Origin: Candidatus Nanohalarchaeota archaeon
GTDB taxonomy: Archaea; Nanohalarchaeota; Nanosalinia; Nanosalinales; Nanosalinaceae
NCBI GenBank assembly: GCA_022729235.1
Contig: JALDAJ010000001.1
Span: 128,001-192,000, forward strand
DNA length: 64,000 nt
Direction of reading: 5' to 3'
The first letter of the stretch is position 1, and each line of letters opens with the position of its first letter. The notes below the pieces were generated by a model. It worked only from the letters and a program-made list of their open reading frames with translations. It was not told the origin of the DNA and ran no database searches. This document shows, one piece after another, positions 1-9,448 of this stretch. Both the position numbers and the translations under genes were made by a program.

Positions 1-387
1 CAAGAAGAATATTATGAGACAATCAATTTCCTTAGAAGCAATGATAACTTGTTGAGCGCCAGTGTAGGACCTCTTGGAATATATAAGGACAGAGAGGAGA
101 GAATGTCTATTTATACGAACCCCGAGGAGTTTGGTCTCGAACTCGAAGAACCCGAACACGAAGACTTTATCGATGCAACTTTTAACAGAGCTGTAGAATA
201 CTATATAGACGGAAAACCGCGCGATCACAGGCTAAAACAGCTGAAGTACAGGCACATGCAGAAAGCCGCAGACTATAATCTTCTTCTGAAAAACTTTGGT
301 CGAAAAAAACCTGTACACTTCCTGAGCAGGATGTTTAAGAAACTGTACAGGAAGGATTACCGAGACTATTCTTTCCTATACGCTTAA
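1..387 (+). CDS. Hypothetical protein, 5'-truncated by the window edge
   Basis: The frame of ORF 49..387 is open back to position 1; no recognisable motif. Confidence 0.6.
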   Translation, partial: QEEYYETINFLRSNDNLLSASVGPLGIYKDREERMSIYTNPEEFGLELEEPEHEDFIDATFNRAVEYYIDGKPRDHRLKQLKYRHMQKAADYNLLLKNFGRKKPVHFLSRMFKKLYRKDYRDYSFLYA

Positions 388-492
388 TAGACAACAGGCG
401 ACTCAGTATGAAAACACAAATATGACAGACCAATTTTGACCACACTAGGACATCCCCGGTCAGTATGCTGAAACGGCAGCTTAAGACATTCC

Positions 493-783
493 TTATTCAG
501 TTGATACTCTCTCAACCACTCTACAGCACGGCTCCACGAAAAACTTCCTTACTTTCTCCATTCTCGACTCACTTCTAGCGATGTAATCAGCTACAGGAGG
601 ACTGAGGCGGTAGTAAGCCCTGGTAAAGAGACGACCGAAGTAGAACCTCTTCAGGTAGCTGTCCCGAAAATCCCTCAGAACATCTATCCGTGGATGTGTT
701 TCTGTCCCGTAAGCCGCAGTCGCGATGAAACATCCTTCGGGAGAGTAAGGGTCAAGTTGCTGTACGTCCTTCATAATCTTCAT
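493..783 (-). CDS. Stand-alone CFI-box-CTERM domain protein
   Basis: [10 protein letters not shown]...[10 protein letters not shown]....[18 protein letters not shown] matches the CFI-box-CTERM signature. Confidence 0.8.
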   Translation of the reverse strand: MKIMKDVQQLDPYSPEGCFIATAAYGTETHPRIDVLRDFRDSYLKRFYFGRLFTRAYYRLSPPVADYIARSESRMEKVRKFFVEPCCRVVERVSTE

Positions 784-837
784 CTTCGATCAGGATATTT
801 TAAAACTTCAATAAGCCTCTCACGAAAACAGAGATAG

Positions 838-2346
838 ATGAATGACAGCGAGCTTGAGAACACTAGCAAGCTTTTCAACAGCGGTCTAGGTATAGCGATA
901 GGAGCGGTTATAGCCGGAGTTGCCAGCCTCCTGACCCGCGTGGTTCTGGGCAGACTTTTGCAGCCGGAGAAATACGGAGTTCTCAACGAAGGTCTCGCCT
1001 TTATGAACTTCTTCATAATTTTCTCGTTGCTAGGACTGGGAAACACGCTGGCGCGTTTCATATCCCACGGAGAAGAAAAAGACGGTTATACGTCTCCAGT
1101 GTTAGCAGTCTCTCTGCCACTCTCCTTTTTATCCGGCGCTTTACTGTTCCTCTCATCAGGGCTTTTTGCGAGCTGGATGGGCTCGCCCGAACTTGAGACA
1201 GTTCTCAAACTGTTCTCTTTTAGCATCCCCGCAAGTGTAGCGGTCGCTGTATTTATATCGGATTTCCGGGGAAGAGAGAAAACACTGGAAAAGGTGGCTC
1301 TTGAAGACCTCCTACTCCCTCTATCAATACTAATCCTATCCGCGATTTTCACTCTTTACCGAACCGCTCCATCTTACGCCGCGGCAGGCTATGTTTTCTC
1401 AGCCTGGATAGTACTGGTCTCAGCTATCGTCCTCTACCGGATGAAAGGCTTACGATTTGTGAAGCCTTCGACAGATCGCGCGAAAAAACTCGTAAGGTTC
1501 TCGACACCTCTATGGTTCTCTGACCTCGCCCGGTTCGGAATAATATGGGCAAACATATTCATCCTCGGATTCTTCCTCACATCAAATGAAACCGGTCTAT
1601 ACAACGCAGCCTATCCTTTAACCTACACCACAGCCATGGTTCTTTCCTCCCTGGGCTATCTCTACCTGCCTCTTATCAGTTCGCTACATAGCAAGGGGCG
1701 TTTCGAAGAGATGAAGTCGCTGTACAACACGGTTGTGAGATGGGTGGTCACACTGATACTACCGGTTACGCTTGTTTTCATCCTAAAATCAGAGCCAATC
1801 CTCCATATACTATATGGACCCTCCTACGTAGCTGCATCCACACTGCTCACTATCCTGATACTGGGAAGATTTGTGCAGACCGCTATAGGTCCTGTAGGGA
1901 GAATGCTGATAGCGTTCGGAGAAACCCGGAAAGAAGCTCTTTCACAGATAACAGGTCTCGCCGTTATAGTCCTCGGTAGCATAGTACTGGTGCAAGAGGT
2001 AGGTCTACTTGGAGCAGGTATAGCGTACGCCGCAGGAGTATCGATCGCAAACATCATGAGGCTTAATTACAGCAGGAGATACGCCAGTTTCAACCCTCTA
2101 AAAATAGATCTCAAGAAACCAGTGATAGCAGCTATACCGGCGACATTCATACTTCTCATCCCTACGACAAGCTTGATAATCGACCTAGCTTTTATCGCTG
2201 GTTCCGGACTGATTTACGCCACAGCACTGTTAGCTCTTAAACCTCTGAAACATGAAGACATCCATTCTATCGAACAGATGCTTGGAAGAACACCGTTGTC
2301 CGGGACGGATAAAATAGTTGATAACCTTAGAAGATTCGAGGAATGA
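838..2346 (+). CDS. Oligosaccharide flippase (Wzx/AglR/MOP family)
   Basis: 502 aa with ~12-14 TM segments; motifs LGRLLQPEKYG, LGLGNTLARFIS and GLYNAAY. Confidence 0.88.
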   Translation: MNDSELENTSKLFNSGLGIAIGAVIAGVASLLTRVVLGRLLQPEKYGVLNEGLAFMNFFIIFSLLGLGNTLARFISHGEEKDGYTSPVLAVSLPLSFLSGALLFLSSGLFASWMGSPELETVLKLFSFSIPASVAVAVFISDFRGREKTLEKVALEDLLLPLSILILSAIFTLYRTAPSYAAAGYVFSAWIVLVSAIVLYRMKGLRFVKPSTDRAKKLVRFSTPLWFSDLARFGIIWANIFILGFFLTSNETGLYNAAYPLTYTTAMVLSSLGYLYLPLISSLHSKGRFEEMKSLYNTVVRWVVTLILPVTLVFILKSEPILHILYGPSYVAASTLLTILILGRFVQTAIGPVGRMLIAFGETRKEALSQITGLAVIVLGSIVLVQEVGLLGAGIAYAAGVSIANIMRLNYSRRYASFNPLKIDLKKPVIAAIPATFILLIPTTSLIIDLAFIAGSGLIYATALLALKPLKHEDIHSIEQMLGRTPLSGTDKIVDNLRRFEE

Positions 2347-4001
2347 AACCAGAAACCCGCAACTACCTGCTACTTCTCTTCGCGAATCTTTCCCTGCTTC
2401 TCTACCATACCCGTTCATTCCTCACAGCAGAAAAACTGGCGGGACGAGACCTCATCGGCGCGTATTCGCTTGTAGAAGCGTTCGAGCTCGGCTGGAACAC
2501 ACAGTGGTTCCTTGGATTCCCGATGTTCCAGTTCTACCCTCCCGGATTCTTCGCAACGGTTAAAGGGCTTGGTTTCATAACCGGCGATCCGCTAGCATTC
2601 AGGATACTGGTGTTCTCAACCCTCTTAATCTTCCCAGTAGCAGCCTACTACGCTTTCTCCCGTATACATAACCAGGAAACAGGTCTTGTAGCAGGTCTAC
2701 TGGCGATTTCCCTGATTTTTCTCCGAGAACCTTTCTCCCTGGTTTACCAGACCTTGCAGGTCGGTCTCGTGGCACAGGGAGCCGCCTTTCTCACGTTCAT
2801 CCTCTTTATAGGAGTCCTTTGGCAGGATTCCAGAGATTCCGCCTATCTTTCCGCCGTCCTGCTGGGCATCACAATACTTCTCCACCCTTTCATAGGAACA
2901 GTAGCCCTTCTCTATCTTCTAATATACCTGATACTTGAAAGAAACCTTTATGGTATCTTCACAGCTCTTATCGGTCTCGCATTATCAGCCTGGTGGTGGC
3001 TTCCAGCGCTGGAGAACACCTGGTACATGCCGACCTACGTCGGACCAACAGGACAGCTACTGAACTGGCCCTGGTTGTTCCTTCCTTTCCTGTTACTGAA
3101 TCGAGGCAGGAAAGCAGTTTCACTCTCCTTACTTGGAATCTTACTGCTCTTCATCGGCACGTTTGATCTCGGCGTCGAGTTCCAGTTCTACCGGTTCTTC
3201 ATCTATGGCCAGATGATAACTGTTTTGGCGGCAGCACCCGGGTTCATGAAGGCTTTCAATACAATAGAGAAGTTCGATACCAGTTCTCTGATAGTTCTCT
3301 TCGGTATAAGCATCCTGTTACCCGCCGCCACAGTAGACATAGAACCACACTGGAAGTCTGACGTGGATCTTGAGGGCGTGATACCTGAAGACGGGCGTAT
3401 GATAGTGGAAACCTCTCACAGCGACCTGTACAACAGTTACGTGCCGATTCAGATGGCGCCGCTTGAATCGAATGTCTCTGTCGTCAACGGTCTCTACGCC
3501 GACTCCTCTATCTCGTCACCCTACCTACTCGGGCTGGAGAAAGCTATAGCCAAGGAACCTGTCCCTAACCCATTGGCGGTCGAGGCAGAACTGACAGAGG
3601 AACAATTACAGGAAAGGATGGAGTACTTCAACATCTCATACGCGCTGGTCAGGACCGATCACGCCCGTGAGAGACTCGGCTTCATGGAGTTAGAAGCGGA
3701 GAACAACGACTTCCAGCTTCTCTCATGGCAGCCGGAGCCTGATAGAGAGGTCGAGGCTGCGAAAGTGTGCCTGACCCGGGAAGACTGGAGGGAACTTAAC
3801 CGGCATATCTTCCAGAACAATCTAACTTCAACTCCAGTACTTGACTGTGAAACCGGTACAGCGATAAGCGCTGTAGACCCAGCCGGCATCCTCGAAGAAA
3901 CCGAACAGTTAGAGAAAGATAATGTTGAAATCGAGGATGAAAGCATCAGACCTAATGACAAAGTTGAAGCTGTTTTCAGCCTGGAAGTCAGGAACCGCTG
4001 A
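2343..4001 (+). CDS. GT-C-like membrane protein (PTPS-related/YfhO-like glycosyltransferase)
   Basis: WNTQWFLGFPMFQFYPP motif, multi-TM N-terminal half, LSAWWWLP, and a soluble C-terminus with YFNISYALV; overlaps the flippase stop (ATGA). Confidence 0.7.
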   Translation: MKPETRNYLLLLFANLSLLLYHTRSFLTAEKLAGRDLIGAYSLVEAFELGWNTQWFLGFPMFQFYPPGFFATVKGLGFITGDPLAFRILVFSTLLIFPVAAYYAFSRIHNQETGLVAGLLAISLIFLREPFSLVYQTLQVGLVAQGAAFLTFILFIGVLWQDSRDSAYLSAVLLGITILLHPFIGTVALLYLLIYLILERNLYGIFTALIGLALSAWWWLPALENTWYMPTYVGPTGQLLNWPWLFLPFLLLNRGRKAVSLSLLGILLLFIGTFDLGVEFQFYRFFIYGQMITVLAAAPGFMKAFNTIEKFDTSSLIVLFGISILLPAATVDIEPHWKSDVDLEGVIPEDGRMIVETSHSDLYNSYVPIQMAPLESNVSVVNGLYADSSISSPYLLGLEKAIAKEPVPNPLAVEAELTEEQLQERMEYFNISYALVRTDHARERLGFMELEAENNDFQLLSWQPEPDREVEAAKVCLTREDWRELNRHIFQNNLTSTPVLDCETGTAISAVDPAGILEETEQLEKDNVEIEDESIRPNDKVEAVFSLEVRNR

Positions 4002-4007
4002 AATCAT

Positions 4008-5438
4008 TTACTCCACAATGTTATCTCCCAAGTATCTCTCTCCTCCAAATTCATCAATGTAGTGCAGGTGACCCTCATTCGGATCGATCCATGCAGAACC
4101 AGGACTTCCTTCTGCTTCCTCTGCTACCTCCCATTCTATCTCGACTTTCCCGTGTCCATCGTTAGCAGCGTACTCGTTGTCCACCAGCTCGCCGTACTCA
4201 GGGTTAACGTAGCTTCCTCCACCTCCTCCAGGAGCGTCATCGCTATCTGAGTCAGCATAGGTTCCTCCACCGCCGGAGTATCCCCCACCTCCTCCCGTAG
4301 CTCCCCACCCTGTGGACTGGTCAGTCGCTCCTCCTGCTCCGAAGCCACCGTCATTGTTTCCATGTCCATCTCCACCGAGACCCCCGTCCAGGAAGTTTTC
4401 ACCCCCTGAACCAGAGTTAGACCCGTCACCTCCATCAGTGTACCATCCTCCGCCACCAGCACCCCTGTTACCGGTACCTCCTCCACCGTCTCCATTCGTT
4501 CCTCCGCTCCCTGGAGAGGATGCGCAGCTGTTCATACATGTTCCGTCCCCGCCGTCTTCTTCCATCCTACCATGAGAGTAGCCCGGACTATCCGAGTTAG
4601 TACCGATAGCGTATCCGGCACCACCACCCGCAACTACAAGAGGAACCACGTTCTCCCCATCAAACATCTGGTCGCCACTGCTGTCAACCTTTGCTACGAA
4701 TGTACCTCCTCCCCCTGAAGGAGCATCAGAGTTACCGCTCGTGGTACCCATTTGCCCTATAAGTATCCTTAATTCGTCTCCAGCCTCCAGACTCACTTCG
4801 GCCTCGTATCTCGCTCCCTGTCCTCCATCTCCAGAGCGACTACCTTTCGGAGCCGCAGCCCCGTAAGCATTAAACCGGTATGTTCCATCTTCAGGAGCGG
4901 TCCATTCCTGTATACCGTCTCCTACAACAGTTACCTCGCCTTCAAGATCAGTACCGCTGTACTCCGAGTCACAGTCAGTCTGTGAAGGACCGGAACGACC
5001 CGTCGAACCACAGGTCGTGAAAGTTACCTCTCCCGACGCGGTTCCCGAACCTCTCAACCATCTCCTATTTTGTTCCTCATCTATGTAGTATACCCGAGCA
5101 CCATCAATCCATAAAGAACCTATCGGACCAGAAACAGAACTACCTCCTCCGGTCCGTGGATCATCTCCATCCATCAGCACCCTGTACTCAGTACCGTCAT
5201 AAGCCCAGAGCAGGTTGTCGTCGTGGATCCACGCCGAGCCGTCGGGAGCAGTAGTACTATCGGTCTGTATGTAAGGCGCCCAGGCTGGGTCGGCCATGAA
5301 GGACATCCCGCCGATACTCACAACGATATAGAAAGCAGCGTAGAGCAGTAACGAAGCAGTTATAACAGACTCCTTGTTCTGCTCCGCCATCCTAACAAGC
5401 TCAAACCCCATCTGGTTGAATCCCTTCCTCCTACCCAT
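4008..5438 (-). CDS. Membrane-anchored surface protein with an ALK/LTK-type glycine-rich domain between GSxWID repeats
   Basis: N-terminal TM helix; FTTCG.TG..GP.Q..C...Y, GIQ.W..P..GTY...YGA, LRILIGQMG, PLVVAGGG, poly-Gly tracts and GHGKVEI. ATG 5438 lies 6 nt after GGTGA. Confidence 0.8.
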   Translation of the reverse strand: MGRRKGFNQMGFELVRMAEQNKESVITASLLLYAAFYIVVSIGGMSFMADPAWAPYIQTDSTTAPDGSAWIHDDNLLWAYDGTEYRVLMDGDDPRTGGGSSVSGPIGSLWIDGARVYYIDEEQNRRWLRGSGTASGEVTFTTCGSTGRSGPSQTDCDSEYSGTDLEGEVTVVGDGIQEWTAPEDGTYRFNAYGAAAPKGSRSGDGGQGARYEAEVSLEAGDELRILIGQMGTTSGNSDAPSGGGGTFVAKVDSSGDQMFDGENVVPLVVAGGGAGYAIGTNSDSPGYSHGRMEEDGGDGTCMNSCASSPGSGGTNGDGGGGTGNRGAGGGGWYTDGGDGSNSGSGGENFLDGGLGGDGHGNNDGGFGAGGATDQSTGWGATGGGGGYSGGGGTYADSDSDDAPGGGGGSYVNPEYGELVDNEYAANDGHGKVEIEWEVAEEAEGSPGSAWIDPNEGHLHYIDEFGGERYLGDNIVE

Positions 5439-5444
5439 CACACG

Positions 5445-8400
5445 TCACCACGCGTCAGTCCCCACCGGGAGCCGGAAACTATCAGTAGCCTCTATCTCAT
5501 CTGAAGTTGTTTTACCTCCCACACTCAAGTCAGAGTCAACTCCTACCTCCCCCTCCGGCCTCATAACGATATCAGTCGGTGACCCGGCAGACGTCTCAAG
5601 GTACATAGTAGAGTGAGAGTCGATAGTGTTTCCAGAAGTACCAGTGAGCTCCACACCGTTCTGGACGGAAAGCGGACCAGAAGACTCGACACTTAGAGGC
5701 TGATGCATCCTTACCTGTGACTCGGTGAACTCTGCTATCTGTTCATCAGTACCGGAAACTTCAAAATTAGCATTAACAACTTCTACAGGTCCTCCTTCGT
5801 TGAAGCGCATCAGGTCTTGATTATTGGCGTCATCGTAGATCCTGAACCTATCACTTCCTCCTCCCGGAGTTCTTATGACGGGGGTAGTGCTAGCTGCTCC
5901 CGTGAAGTCGATATGTCCGTCAAGTGCAAGTGAATTTGTAGAGCCATCAGAACCAGCGATCGTGAGCTTCCCATTCATCGTATCCCCGTCTTCGTCCACC
6001 CAGTTGTCCTGTACGTTGTACTGGCTGCCGTCCCAGTTCAGGTGAGACCCGTCAGTACCTGAAAGGTCAACATTACCATCACTATCCAAGTCGACAGCAT
6101 CACCCCAAGCAACGTTTACCGTGTCACCGTCTGTGATACTGTCCGGGCTGATACCGTCACCACCTGTCAAATCAGTTGGGTCGCTGCCGATACTGTCGCT
6201 ATCGATACAGACCCAGTTCGTACCGTCGAACTCCAGGATCTGGTCGCTACCACACATCGCATCGGACAGCTCAGAAGTACCTATACTGTCAGCATCTATT
6301 TCACCTGAACCAACGGTATCCCTACCAGCTAAATCACCAGAATCACTGATACTGGACAACGAGATACTATCAACCTCGGAATCACTTACAACACCGCTCC
6401 CCAGAGAACCACCACTACCTAGATCATTAGCATCACCCCAAGCAACAGAGATAGTATCACCGTCAGTAATACTCGAAGGATCGATACCCTCGCCACCTGT
6501 AAAGGAGGCGTAATCATAATCGTACTGGTAATCATAATCGTAAGCATCAATACAGCTACCATCACCAGCTAGAACCTCAGAACTAGAACATCCTGTTAAA
6601 CCTGAGACATCAAGATTTCCTTGTACTTCTAGATTTGTTTTCATACTAGCATCCGCTATCTCACTACTTGTTCTTTCTATCCAGAATCTATCGTGCTCAT
6701 ATGATACATCGTAAATATTGTACCCCCAACCACCTAGCTCTGAATCCGAAGTATATTCTGTTATCCATCGATCTCCACCGGAAGTATCACTTGGATGTCG
6801 TATAACTATACCTCCTCTCGTCTTCAGGTTGTTAGGTGAACCTTGAACATCGAGGTAATCTATATCATCACCACTGGTCTCAACATAACGGCTGTCAGTA
6901 CTACCAGTGTCAAGACTCACAGATCCCGTACCTCCAAGACTCGCACCACTAGCACTGATGTAACTATCACCGCTTAAACCTATAGAATCATCAACCAGCT
7001 CACTACTACCCACAGAACTACTCTGGATCTCACTACTACCCACACTGTCCAGCGCAGCCAGATCACCGCTATCAGTAATATCAGAAAGACCATGGTCATG
7101 ATCCAAGTTAGTGCTGATATCGCTGGTACCGCTCATCGTGATATCTAACGAACCATCGCCACTACCACTTACATCAGTCGCATAGTAGTTCTCCTGATCA
7201 ATGTCTGACTGACTGATATCTAAATCATCCCAACCGCTTCCGTGGATATTACCCGCAACGGTCAAGTCTCCTGCCATAGAGGCATCTCCCTGACGGTCAA
7301 TGTCGAAATGGGCTTCATCGCTTCCAACAACCATCAGTTTATCTGTTATGTCGTATTCGTGAACATTATGCCCCTCCGGTACATTACCAGGCTCCCAGTC
7401 AACAGGTTCCCACTGGTTACTGCCTTCGAGATCCTTTAACTGATATTCTACGGATTGAGTATCTCCCTCTCCATCTCTTGGTTCAACCCAGACCTCCAAG
7501 TACTTGTCATCATATGTATCTCCTCTCACAATTCTTGCTCTCTCGAAAACCGTCGAACTATGGATAGTATTCTGTAATAACGTGAAACTGAGTCCGTCAC
7601 CACCGCTATTATCCCCAAAAGATGCACCGGCCCTGAAATTAATGCTTGAATGACCACAGCAACTTGTATCCATCAGAGTGAACTCTCCGCTCATCCTACC
7701 ATCCCCCTTCGCAATCCTATGCCATCCTTGACCAGCACTGGCAGAATTCTCATATACATTTTCATACCTGTTATCTACGTCTCCAGTATCAAGCTCGGTT
7801 TGACCCACAGCACTGCTCTGGATACTACCGCCAGAAGTCAAATCGTTAGCGTTACCAAAGTCATCCGCATAACCACTAGAAGTCAAACCGCCAGCACTAC
7901 CCCACTGAACATTACCACTAGAATCCAGATCATTACCCGAGTCTAAAACAGAACCCGCATCAACGTCCAGCGTCCTGCTGGAAGATAAACTTCCTCCACC
8001 TGTCAGATGATTACCGGAATTTACAGAAACATGATTACTTAAACGCCCCCAGGGTACAGTACCGGAAGTCAGAGTACCGTCAAGATCTAAATCATTATAG
8101 AACCTTGCATCTCCGTCGTCGTAAAGGCGGAAGGAGACACTGTCGGAGTCATCGTAGAAGTAATGGCTGCGCTCACCCAGTATCCGGTAGGCTAAATTGT
8201 TATCATCGTTGTATACCTCAAGAATTTCTCCACCTGCATTGTTATCCCCCTGAAGAACCACAGAGTCACTATGCCCCCAGTCAAGATCTGAGCGCGTATA
8301 GAACTTATGACCAGGACCTCCCGAAGGAGCTCTGGCATCTATCCTACCGTCAATGTTAAGATCACCTGACGCAGTTATCTCGCCAACATCCTCGATGTCA

Positions 8401-8801
8401 TGTCCACCCATGTCAATGTCTGCGCCTTCCCTCATGTTCAGGTCGCCGGTCATCGTGTCTCCGTCAGTACTCACGTAGTCACCGGATACTTCCCCTGATA
8501 CATCTCTGCAGGTGTAAGAGCCGTCATCGTCGACACCCGCGACCACCTGTCCATCGTCACAGTCCGAAGCGAAGAAACTCTGGATCTGCTGCCCCTGCAT
8601 GTCCAGGTCTCCATAAGCGGTGATGTCTCCTGCGGTGTCAACCTCGAACTCTAGGTCGCCATCGTTGTAGTATTGAAGCGGATGAGAAGAATTGATGTCT
8701 AGAGCCGCTGAGAAAGCTGTGAACAGTAGCGTTGCTGCTAGCAGTACAGTTAATTTGCTGGTTTTCTTCACGCCGGTACCGACCTTGGAAAACAGTTGCA
8801 T
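5445..8801 (-). CDS. Secreted Asp/Ser/Gly-rich fibre-like repeat protein (phage tail-fibre-like motifs)
   Basis: Signal peptide; YVSTDGDTMTGDL and WVDEDGDTMNGKL motifs, ILEFDGTNWVC, and ~10-aa xSVGSSEL/I repeats. Confidence 0.7.
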   Translation of the reverse strand: MQLFSKVGTGVKKTSKLTVLLAATLLFTAFSAALDINSSHPLQYYNDGDLEFEVDTAGDITAYGDLDMQGQQIQSFFASDCDDGQVVAGVDDDGSYTCRDVSGEVSGDYVSTDGDTMTGDLNMREGADIDMGGHDIEDVGEITASGDLNIDGRIDARAPSGGPGHKFYTRSDLDWGHSDSVVLQGDNNAGGEILEVYNDDNNLAYRILGERSHYFYDDSDSVSFRLYDDGDARFYNDLDLDGTLTSGTVPWGRLSNHVSVNSGNHLTGGGSLSSSRTLDVDAGSVLDSGNDLDSSGNVQWGSAGGLTSSGYADDFGNANDLTSGGSIQSSAVGQTELDTGDVDNRYENVYENSASAGQGWHRIAKGDGRMSGEFTLMDTSCCGHSSINFRAGASFGDNSGGDGLSFTLLQNTIHSSTVFERARIVRGDTYDDKYLEVWVEPRDGEGDTQSVEYQLKDLEGSNQWEPVDWEPGNVPEGHNVHEYDITDKLMVVGSDEAHFDIDRQGDASMAGDLTVAGNIHGSGWDDLDISQSDIDQENYYATDVSGSGDGSLDITMSGTSDISTNLDHDHGLSDITDSGDLAALDSVGSSEIQSSSVGSSELVDDSIGLSGDSYISASGASLGGTGSVSLDTGSTDSRYVETSGDDIDYLDVQGSPNNLKTRGGIVIRHPSDTSGGDRWITEYTSDSELGGWGYNIYDVSYEHDRFWIERTSSEIADASMKTNLEVQGNLDVSGLTGCSSSEVLAGDGSCIDAYDYDYQYDYDYASFTGGEGIDPSSITDGDTISVAWGDANDLGSGGSLGSGVVSDSEVDSISLSSISDSGDLAGRDTVGSGEIDADSIGTSELSDAMCGSDQILEFDGTNWVCIDSDSIGSDPTDLTGGDGISPDSITDGDTVNVAWGDAVDLDSDGNVDLSGTDGSHLNWDGSQYNVQDNWVDEDGDTMNGKLTIAGSDGSTNSLALDGHIDFTGAASTTPVIRTPGGGSDRFRIYDDANNQDLMRFNEGGPVEVVNANFEVSGTDEQIAEFTESQVRMHQPLSVESSGPLSVQNGVELTGTSGNTIDSHSTMYLETSAGSPTDIVMRPEGEVGVDSDLSVGGKTTSDEIEATDSFRLPVGTDAW
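8403..8511. repeat. Near-identical DNA block shared between the two fibre genes (second copy 15671-15779)
   Basis: The core ccggtcatcgtgtctccgtcagtactcacgtagtcaccgga is identical at both sites; the flanks differ mostly at synonymous positions. Confidence 0.9.
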
Positions 8802-8890
8802 CAGGGTAAATAAAAAAACTCCTATTTTGCGGTCATAATCGATTCTCAGCTGATATCAGAGAAAGAGCATAGCAAACAGGAACCCTTATG

Positions 8891-9412
8891 TTACTGGATG
8901 TTTACTCCTGCACTGATATCCCTGAACTCCACGTCTTCAACCGGTGTAGCTGTGTAGTAGTCAGGTGCGGAGAGATCCTTTACAATCCTGGAGTCTCCCT
9001 GTTCAAGAACAAATTCTTCATCCGCTATCCGGAAAGTGAATTCAAGGCCGTAGCTAGCCTCGTTTACAAATCTAACTGCGTCTTCCGGAGCTATCTCCGG
9101 TCTATGAGGCGAGGCTCTCTCATCGTCCACGACAACCTCTACTATTTCTCCTTCGACCTCGCTTGCATCCGGACCTCCAGATGTACTTGCCTGTGAGACC
9201 TGTTCACCGGCGTCAGAAATCCGCTCGCCTAAATCATCAGGCGCGAACGAGTATGCCAAAACTCCGACAAGTAGAACACCGATTACACCTATAACTGCGA
9301 GACGTCTCTTTCTATCCATCTTCCAGGAGAGCTTATCCTTCTTACCAGAAAGCTTGTCTCTTATATCCTCAGTATCTGCATCGATACCTTCAAACTCTTC
9401 ATCATCTCCCAT
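8891..9412 (-). CDS. Single-TM protein with a cupredoxin-like C-terminal domain lacking Cu ligands
   Basis: TM helix, then VEVVV....SP....I.P.DAVRFVN...L.QGDS, a cupredoxin-like strand pattern; no Cys, and no C-terminal His/Met ligand loop. Confidence 0.5.
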   Translation of the reverse strand: MGDDEEFEGIDADTEDIRDKLSGKKDKLSWKMDRKRRLAVIGVIGVLLVGVLAYSFAPDDLGERISDAGEQVSQASTSGGPDASEVEGEIVEVVVDDERASPHRPEIAPEDAVRFVNEASYGLEFTFRIADEEFVLEQGDSRIVKDLSAPDYYTATPVEDVEFRDISAGVNIQ

Positions 9413-9448
9413 TAGATGGGCTTTGGACTCGATTGTTTAAAACATTGA

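Noticed and set aside
4312-4575. Pro-rich ORF and other antisense ORFs (for example 6121..6513, 14145..14750, 36354..36806)
   Set aside because: They are shadow frames opposite Gly/Asp/Glu-rich genes.
5400-5441. Class III signal peptide in the glycine-rich protein (RRKG|F)
   Set aside because: The motif is followed by ~18 mostly polar or charged residues before the hydrophobic helix, unlike true prepilins.
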